Source: Paramoeba atlantica
Taxonomy: Eukaryota; Protista; Discosea
Reading direction: 5' to 3'
Length of the DNA: 64,000 nucleotides
Assembly (NCBI GenBank): GCA_977017575.1
Contig: CDRNVI010000028.1
Coordinates: forward strand, 1-64,000
Of this stretch, positions 57,569-64,000 are shown piece after piece; position 1 is the first letter of the stretch; each line of letters begins with the position of its first letter. A program made the position numbers and the translations under genes. Below the pieces are notes generated by a model. It was not told the DNA's origin and ran no database searches. It saw nothing but the letters and a program-made list of their open reading frames with translations.

Positions 57569-58807
57569 CTACACCCACCTAGCCCCCTTCGCCACCTCTC
57601 CCCACCCCTTCCCCCCCACCTCCATCATCTCCCCCACCTCCATCGTCCCCTGCAACTGTGGGGAGGCCAGCAGCGCCCCAAACAGGGCCACCCTCGCGAC
57701 CTCCTGTGCGGAAATCGGAGGGGTCAGGGCGCTACACCCGTTACATTGGGCGTACATCGGGGACAGCACCGCCCGCAGTGGCCCCCCTACCCACTGCAGC
57801 GGGATCTCCCACCCGGATTCCGTAACTCTACGCCTCCCGTAAATCATCCCGGGTCGCAGCACTAACCCCTCGGCGGGGCCCAGTGTCCTCACCGCCGCCT
57901 CCGCCTCTTGTTTGCCCTCGTAGTAACCCCGCAGGATTTGGAGAGGGGGGAGAAGGCGAATCCCTAAGACAGGGTGAAGCGGACGGATGAACTGGACCGC
58001 AGAGATGTAGACCATTTTACGAAGATGAGGAGGACCAGCACTATCGTGAGCGCTCTCCTTTTCTTTGTTTTTCTTTACAAACATATTCTCTTTCGTATTT
58101 TCAATATTCTCTTTCGTATTTTCAATTCTCTCTTTCGTATTTTCAATATTCTCTTTCGTATTTTCAATACTCTCTTTCGTATTTTCAATATTCTCTTTCG
58201 TATTTTCTTTATTCATTTCTTTAGCCTTCTCTTCGTTACCTTCTTTATTCTTATCATTATTCTTATTCTTATGATCTACACAACGGCCCAGCCCCTGTGT
58301 GTAGATCGCGCGTGCGAGGTTCACATTGGGGAGCGCGTTGCCCTGCCGGGTCGCGGACGCGGTGGAGGCGAAGCACCCGATGCAGGAGATCACCGCGGAG
58401 GCGTCGGGGTGACGGGAGAGGGCGGCGTGGAGGTCGGGGGGGTGGCTGGCGTCACAGCACTCCCAGGTAAGGGAGAAGGCAGCGGGGGGAGAAGGGGAAG
58501 AAGGAGGAGAAGAAGAAGAAGGAGAAGAAGAATCGGAAGAGGCAAAGGGCGGGGTAGTGAGGGGACCGGAGCTCGGTGCGCCCCGTCGGCTTAACCCGAC
58601 GAGGGTGAGCGGGGGGAAGGGGAGGGTGGGGGTGCCGGGAGGGGTAGGGTTTCGAGGGGGTGTTTTTTCGGAGGGTGCGTTTTCGGAGGGGGTGGGAGGA
58701 GGGGATGTGGGGGGTGGGGTCATGCAGGAGAGGCGGTGGGCTTCCTGAATAATGTGGGAGCCAAGAAAGCCGTTGGCGCCGAAGACGAGAATTTTGCGGG
58801 GTAGCAT
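57569..58807 (-). CDS. NAD(P)-binding Rossmann protein, atypical SDR/epimerase (Coq11/NDUFA9-like)
   Basis: KILVFGANGFLGSH, LVGLSRRG, AVISCIG, VYISA, YYEGKQEAE (YxxxK), VLRPGMIYG. Three in-frame low-complexity insertions. Confidence 0.85.
   Translation of the reverse strand: MLPRKILVFGANGFLGSHIIQEAHRLSCMTPPPTSPPPTPSENAPSEKTPPRNPTPPGTPTLPFPPLTLVGLSRRGAPSSGPLTTPPFASSDSSSPSSSSPPSSPSPPAAFSLTWECCDASHPPDLHAALSRHPDASAVISCIGCFASTASATRQGNALPNVNLARAIYTQGLGRCVDHKNKNNDKNKEGNEEKAKEMNKENTKENIENTKESIENTKENIENTKERIENTKENIENTKENMFVKKNKEKESAHDSAGPPHLRKMVYISAVQFIRPLHPVLGIRLLPPLQILRGYYEGKQEAEAAVRTLGPAEGLVLRPGMIYGRRRVTESGWEIPLQWVGGPLRAVLSPMYAQCNGCSALTPPISAQEVARVALFGALLASPQLQGTMEVGEMMEVGGKGWGEVAKGARWV
58085..58215. 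repeat. 21-bp coding minisatellite (ENTKENI)n
   Basis: About 6 copies of gtattttcaatattctctttc inside the epimerase ORF. Confidence 0.9.
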
Positions 58808-59157
58808 TTTGGGGTGGGGAAGTGATGTATGAAGATTAGAAAGCACTTCAAGGTACATCTTTTTTAGGATTGAAAAGACAAAAAGATGAGGACTTACCGT
58901 ATCATTGCTTATGAAAAAAACCAAGACATGACGGACTTCGTGGTGAAAAGACCTTCAAGGTAAAGGGAAAAGGCAAACATGCAAGCTCTCAACCCAAAAA
59001 GAGTGTAAAATGTAAAGAAACGATGTGCAGATCGTTGAGCTCGCTTCGCGCCTGTGTTTGAGTAGAATAAGATGACGTTACACAGTGTACGCACGGATGG
59101 TAGCCTTTGCCGCAACACAGAATCTGAAAGTGTTACCCATCTTGTCCTATGTTGCAG

Positions 59158-60159
59158 TCATTCTAGATCTTGTTGTTCCGATATTGCGCCCATGCTCATG
59201 CTCTCATCTTCTTTCCCATCATTCCTATCGTCACCGATAGGATACTGGGGAGAAATAAACTCAGTTTCTGTAGTTTCCGGGTCTTCTATAACCGGAAGAC
59301 AGTAAATATCATTTTCAGGACTTACCTGCACCTTGAAATGAGGAAATGCACACAAAGCGTCCAGATAAAGATGAGCTTCGTACTTACAGCTTGCGATTTC
59401 TCGGATTTCCATCGAGCGGTCCGCATGTGCAATCTCCCCAATACGGGAACAGAAAACTTGAAGCTCACACATTCGCGGCTGATGGGTGAGTTCACAAAAA
59501 TCACCGTACGCTAAGGTGTAGCGAAGATATCCAGGCTCCGCGGCATCCGGTGATGGCACGTACTGCGGTAGGGCTTCCTCTGTGTGGTTGGACGACGAAA
59601 ACCTTCCAAGACAGTATTCGGATTGCCGCACGGTTCGATTCTTCGCGTCCGGGTGGTATTGGAATAGACCGGAGTCCCATTGCAGATCAAAATTCCACCA
59701 TCCCGCAGATTTGCGTATACGTTTCCGAGACAGCGTGTCCTGTAGGATGCGATGAAGCTGCATTCGCCCTTCGGTGCTGGTAAAGTTGTAGAACTCAGAC
59801 ACCGTGGTCGATCGAGAGCCCGAGGATGTGTCCGGCGTGGTGTCCTCTTGATCTGACAGGGGTAGAAAGCATTGATAAAGTGTGTGGTCGACGCCAGAAC
59901 GGATTCGTAAACTTTCGTAATGTTTCTGTAGGGTCTCACGATCCAGTGGAATGTCTTCAGAGTGCTCAATAAAGCGTACGGAGTATTTCGGCTCCTTTGG
60001 AAATAGACTCCCATGGGGGGTTTGGGCATGAACACTTGGCAGGAAAACGCCCAAGAAGAGAAGCCCAATGCTAGCAAAACACTGGAAAAATATCTTTAGA
60101 GTCGACCCGTTCCATATTTGAAGCATTTTGGCGATCAATTCGAAAAATGGTGATTCCAA
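59158..60159 (-). CDS. OS-9/XTP3-B-like ER lectin (MRH domain)
   Basis: Hydrophobic signal ending ...LPSVHA, then GWWNF...QYH, YCLGRF, YGDFCELTHQPR...FC and EIASCKYEAHL...LC. Confidence 0.82.
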   Translation of the reverse strand: MESPFFELIAKMLQIWNGSTLKIFFQCFASIGLLFLGVFLPSVHAQTPHGSLFPKEPKYSVRFIEHSEDIPLDRETLQKHYESLRIRSGVDHTLYQCFLPLSDQEDTTPDTSSGSRSTTVSEFYNFTSTEGRMQLHRILQDTLSRKRIRKSAGWWNFDLQWDSGLFQYHPDAKNRTVRQSEYCLGRFSSSNHTEEALPQYVPSPDAAEPGYLRYTLAYGDFCELTHQPRMCELQVFCSRIGEIAHADRSMEIREIASCKYEAHLYLDALCAFPHFKVQVSPENDIYCLPVIEDPETTETEFISPQYPIGDDRNDGKEDESMSMGAISEQQDLE

Positions 60160-60635
60160 TATTTAAGAAAATACACAGATTTCAGTATTTACACTATATT
60201 TTTCGAACAGTATCCGCTATGATTGGCACCCCAATAAGTGTAAAGAGGGTGGAGCGGTATTGTATACCCCCAGTAATAGAATCGGTTTTGGACCAAAAGA
60301 CCACCCCCCGTCCAGCCACCCTACCGAGCCAAATCTTTGTTACTGGGGATAAAATGTGTCAGATCCTTGTTACGGGGGGGTACACCGTAGTTACACGGTA
60401 CTTACACAACCACCGCAATTTTTTACCCGCTCCAACTCCTTTTCTTTTGCGAACACATCATGTGCTCCTTTACTTCATTATGACTGCTTTTTGAGAAAAA
60501 AGACAATTAATTGAATTAATGGAAAAAGAGGTGTCGGATCCGTATGTGAATTGAAGCCTGCACCTTGCAGGTGCTTTTGATAGGGTGTTTCTGGGCTGCG
60601 TATATCGCGCAATGTCTGTCATGCCTATGAGTGTT

Positions 60636-61191
60636 TTACCAACTTACATTGGTAAATGAGCTCTTACTTTCTCTGGGGGGAATTTTAAAGGGGTGTAAAA
60701 GGCTGCAACAAGGTAGAACGGCGGTAATAAGCCTTCGTATAAGCCTTCGTAATAAGCCTTCGTAAAGGAGCGATATTTCGGACTTGAAAAGTGCTTCTTT
60801 TCGCTCTGTGTACGAATTCTGTGGGGCGCAAATTATCAGAAATATTATTTCCGAAGTTTTTTTACTGCCCAGGAAGCGTATGAACTCCATGATTTTCTTT
60901 TTCCGACTTTCGAATTTCCGATCGAGCTAACTCCACTGACTGCCGCAATAATAGGGATGAAGGCTGATACCACGTCAGATCCTGTTGATGGTAATCCAAA
61001 AGGAGATTCCGAAGTAATATTTGCCCCACTTGTTTTTCCTCTGGCGCTGGGTGAGATAGAGCCAAAATGGTAGTCTCTATACGTTCCTCGTAATCTTTGA
61101 ATGCACGACTATTAGTGAAATGATTACAAGTAAGTCGCAAAAGCGGCTGTAATTCTTTCCGAATTTGGAGCTCTTCTGCTAGCCATTGCAT
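60636..61191 (-). CDS. Hypothetical, two overlapping ORFs possibly joined by a frameshift
   Basis: ORFs 60862..61191 and 60636..60890 overlap near an A-rich run at ~60895. Confidence 0.3.
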
Positions 61192-61669
61192 TTTTAGTAT
61201 TCTTGTTCAGAAAAGCATTGAAAAGTAGAAAATATCAGCCTGCAGTAGCAGAATATCATTGAACGCAAAAATCCACCCAGTGGTGGAAATCGAGTAGACG
61301 TAATAAGAAAACGCCAATAACCTACAGTACAAATTAGATTTATATTTTTCCGCTACTGTCCTAACACTACGAAAAACTTACTACGAAAAAGAATAAAATC
61401 AAAAGCTCTCTCCATGATTTCAAACCCTTTATAACAGTTTTTCTGATTAGGGGTGTAGGATCATCTTGAGCATCGAAAGTTTATGAGAGTACAATTTGGT
61501 GTGCCGCTGCGCCTCAAAAAGAGCCACTAAACTTGAGCTCCGAACCGGTAAGGTAACTGATCGATCGATCGCATTTGAATTCTGTCATACTGAGGGACAG
61601 AATAAAACGTATGACTAATTTTGGACTGTACAAAATTTAAAGTCAATCAAAAAGAATTGCTTTTGACAG

Positions 61670-61933
61670 TTATGTCATGATATTCTCATACCACCTTCGC
61701 AGTTGAGTACACTGTTCTTCAAGCTTCTTCAGTGTTTTAGCGTATTTCTCACACTCCTTTGTCAAGCTTTCTTTTTCGAGTTCATAAAGTCCTATTATTT
61801 TCTGTATTTGCGAACGATCGCCTTTTCCGGCTGCACTGCGAAACTGCTCGAAAAGTTCAACGTCGCGTTGAAGTTCGTTTACCACACGCCCCTGGTCATC
61901 GCGGGCCGATGTCGGAGGTGTCAACGTATCCAT
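61670..61933 (-). CDS. Small coiled-coil hypothetical protein
   Basis: 87 aa, heptads LELEKESLTKECEKYAKTLKKLEEQCTQLRR. Confidence 0.4.
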   Translation of the reverse strand: MDTLTPPTSARDDQGRVVNELQRDVELFEQFRSAAGKGDRSQIQKIIGLYELEKESLTKECEKYAKTLKKLEEQCTQLRRWYENIMT

Positions 61934-62421
61934 AAAATTTTAAATGTACCTTCGAAAAACGTGTACAGAATCACGTGTCCTATAAAAAGCCACAACTGCA
62001 TACACGATTTTTACACTAGAAAATCAAGAATAGAGCAGTCCTCGTGCAATGGGGTTCTATAAGTGCACTCTTTCCCAGAAACGTACAATAACATGTAACA
62101 TTTATACATATTTTTGTACCAGGTGAATGTAGTACAAAGTGAATGTACACCAATGTAATGTAAATTTACAGCTAATTTATACTGCTAATTTATACAATAT
62201 CCAAAATCGATTAACTTAATGTTCGAAAAGGATCAGGAAAATGAAATAGTATAGCAAGTTACTATGTTTAAAGTAACTTCTTAAAATAACAGCATTTTTT
62301 ACACCCCCCCCTTAAACCCTTCGCCAGCAAAACAAGCATTATCATACAGCAAAAATCCTGTATTACGGCAAATATAATATAATATTATACATTTGTATAA
62401 ACAGTAAAAAGCATCATCATA

Positions 62422-63261
62422 TTAGAGGGTAATGCTCAGCGCTAGAGTGTGATCGATATCAAGAGGATTGCCTTCAGAGGCGAGTTCGTCATTGTCGTGC
62501 ATCCACAAGACTTCCAAGCTTTCTGGAAGATTATCAAGCCTTGCTAACCCAGTGAAGTGATTGTTGTTAAGGTACAGTGCTTTCAGCGTCGCGGGCAACC
62601 GGCGCAGCTGAACTGGTCCAGTAAACAAATTTCGCGATAGATTGAGACAGGTCATGCCGCTAGGCAAACTAACAAGATCGACATGCCCGGATAACTTATT
62701 GCTACTAAGAGTTAACGCTAACAAGCTCTGAGACAACTGCGTCAAGTCCACACCATCTTGAAAATTATTGTAATCCACCCAAACCTTCTCTAATGTGTTT
62801 GGCAAAAATTGTAAATCCAAACCGCCCGAAAATTGATTTAGAACCAAATTTAAAACACGTAATTTCGAAGGAAGCGTCTTGAGAGGGACATTTCCAGACA
62901 ATTTCTGTTTTGCGACATCAACCACTAAGATTTTCTGGGGGAGCCACTCCCATTGAATGGACCCGGATAGGCTATTCAGCTCGGCAACATTTTCCCAATC
63001 AATCTTAGTGACATGTAGGCCATCCTCACAAGTTACACCTTTCCATTCACACGCCGGTGTCGATACGTTCCATGTAGGGTGTGGATTTTCTACTAATTCA
63101 ACAAACCGTGCGAGCTCGTATTCCTGAGGTAAATTCGAACCTCCCACCCTTCCTATTCGAACATTGTGCTTGCCTTCTTCATTTCCCTCGTTGTGCGAAT
63201 TTCGCGGGGCGTGCGGCTTCTGAGCGTCGGAGAGGGACATCGCAAGTATTGTTATGCTCAT
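62422..63261 (-). CDS. LRR family protein
   Basis: IGRVGGSNLPQEYEL, cap, about 7 LRRs. Confidence 0.9.
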   Translation of the reverse strand: MSITILAMSLSDAQKPHAPRNSHNEGNEEGKHNVRIGRVGGSNLPQEYELARFVELVENPHPTWNVSTPACEWKGVTCEDGLHVTKIDWENVAELNSLSGSIQWEWLPQKILVVDVAKQKLSGNVPLKTLPSKLRVLNLVLNQFSGGLDLQFLPNTLEKVWVDYNNFQDGVDLTQLSQSLLALTLSSNKLSGHVDLVSLPSGMTCLNLSRNLFTGPVQLRRLPATLKALYLNNNHFTGLARLDNLPESLEVLWMHDNDELASEGNPLDIDHTLALSITL

Positions 63262-63539
63262 GTGGTGGATGCCAAAACAAATTTACGAAAGTTAGAGGTA
63301 AGTTATATAGATAAAGTATTGGTTTATAATAAACCAATGGTTATAATAAACCAATGGTTCCAATAAATTATTAGAATCCATGGTTTGCAGTCCACTGATA
63401 AATTAAGGAAAACAAATAAACGGGTCCGGCTTAATATACACCCCGGTATTGTACGAGGTCACAGGTATGTTAGAAGGTCACAGGTGTGATAAGTTATTCT
63501 TGCTAAAGTGTTAAAAAAGTGATCACCAGTAGAAGTGAA

Positions 63540-63810
63540 AGTGAAAGTGAAGCATAATTTTACGAAAAAGTGATATTTTGCTTTGATGTGGTCTAAACGT
63601 TTTCTTGTCATATTCTACTCGCAAAGTGTTTTTTGTGAACACAATGTCAAATTATCCAGGTTCTATAACGTATGGCGAATGACAATGGCCGTGAACAATT
63701 GGCACTAGAAACACTTTTAAGCAGTCAAACTGTCACAGAATTGACCAAAACGTTGGAAGCAAAGTTGTTGCTTCTGTCCATGAAATGCGAACTGCGGCTG
63801 CACGAGACAC
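63540..63810 (+). mobile_element. Deleted copy of the 54871-56090 Merlin family
   Basis: Left TIR agtgaaagtgaagcataatttt, a homologous leader, then MANDNGREQLALETLLSSQTVTELTK. Confidence 0.85.
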
Positions 63811-63840
63811 TGTTTCTATCATACAGAAGGAATTTATATA

Positions 63841-63930
63841 CCGTTATCCCCCCCTTACTTAGCCCCCACTTTTTGGTCCAAAACCTGTACTTTGTGGTGA
63901 AGTAAGGGGGGTGGTGAAGTAAGGGGGGTG
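63841..63930. mobile_element. pogo-family terminus
   Basis: TA|ccgttatccccccc ttactt with inverted ggtgaagtaagggggg copies, as at 24682-24758. Confidence 0.7.
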
Positions 63931-64000
63931 AATAAGTGATTCAAAGTTCGATCAATCTATATTTCTTTCGGAAATCCTCAAATTATTGAAGTACACTATG

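Noticed and set aside
58085-58760. Introns explaining the low-complexity inserts in housekeeping genes
   Set aside because: All inserts keep frame without stops, and no consistent GT-AG borders were found.
60725-60765. Short tandem duplications (aataagccttcgt x3; also ~40211-40262, ~44852-44888, ~63325-63360)
   Set aside because: Ordinary slippage duplications with no further structure.

Overview
Eukaryotic DNA with a kinetoplastid-like layout. Every credible host gene across the 64 kb is intronless and on the minus strand. These include RRM1 (very close to trypanosomatid RNR1 as I recall it), an OS-9-like lectin, a NAD(P)-binding epimerase-type protein, a cold-shock-domain-like protein and several coiled-coil hypotheticals. 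They are interleaved with 17 loci of one short leucine-rich-repeat family (12 open, 5 disrupted) that share an N-terminal G[KR][VI]xx-xLPQEYxL motif. Intergenic DNA is a nested graveyard of transposons: Merlin/ISXO2 (one apparently intact, with an 8-bp TSD), Tc1/mariner, pogo, TA-flanked MITEs, a DIRS-like element and two RLE-type non-LTR remnants. The most unusual object is a 2.75-kb non-coding tandem array (17414-20187). It is built from 44 modules of short hairpins, mostly capped by TTCG (UUCG) tetraloops, with compensatory stem changes between module types and a 314-bp higher-order period. Host identity (a Perkinsela/Bodo-grade kinetoplastid) is my inference. All domain calls were made by eye without database searches.
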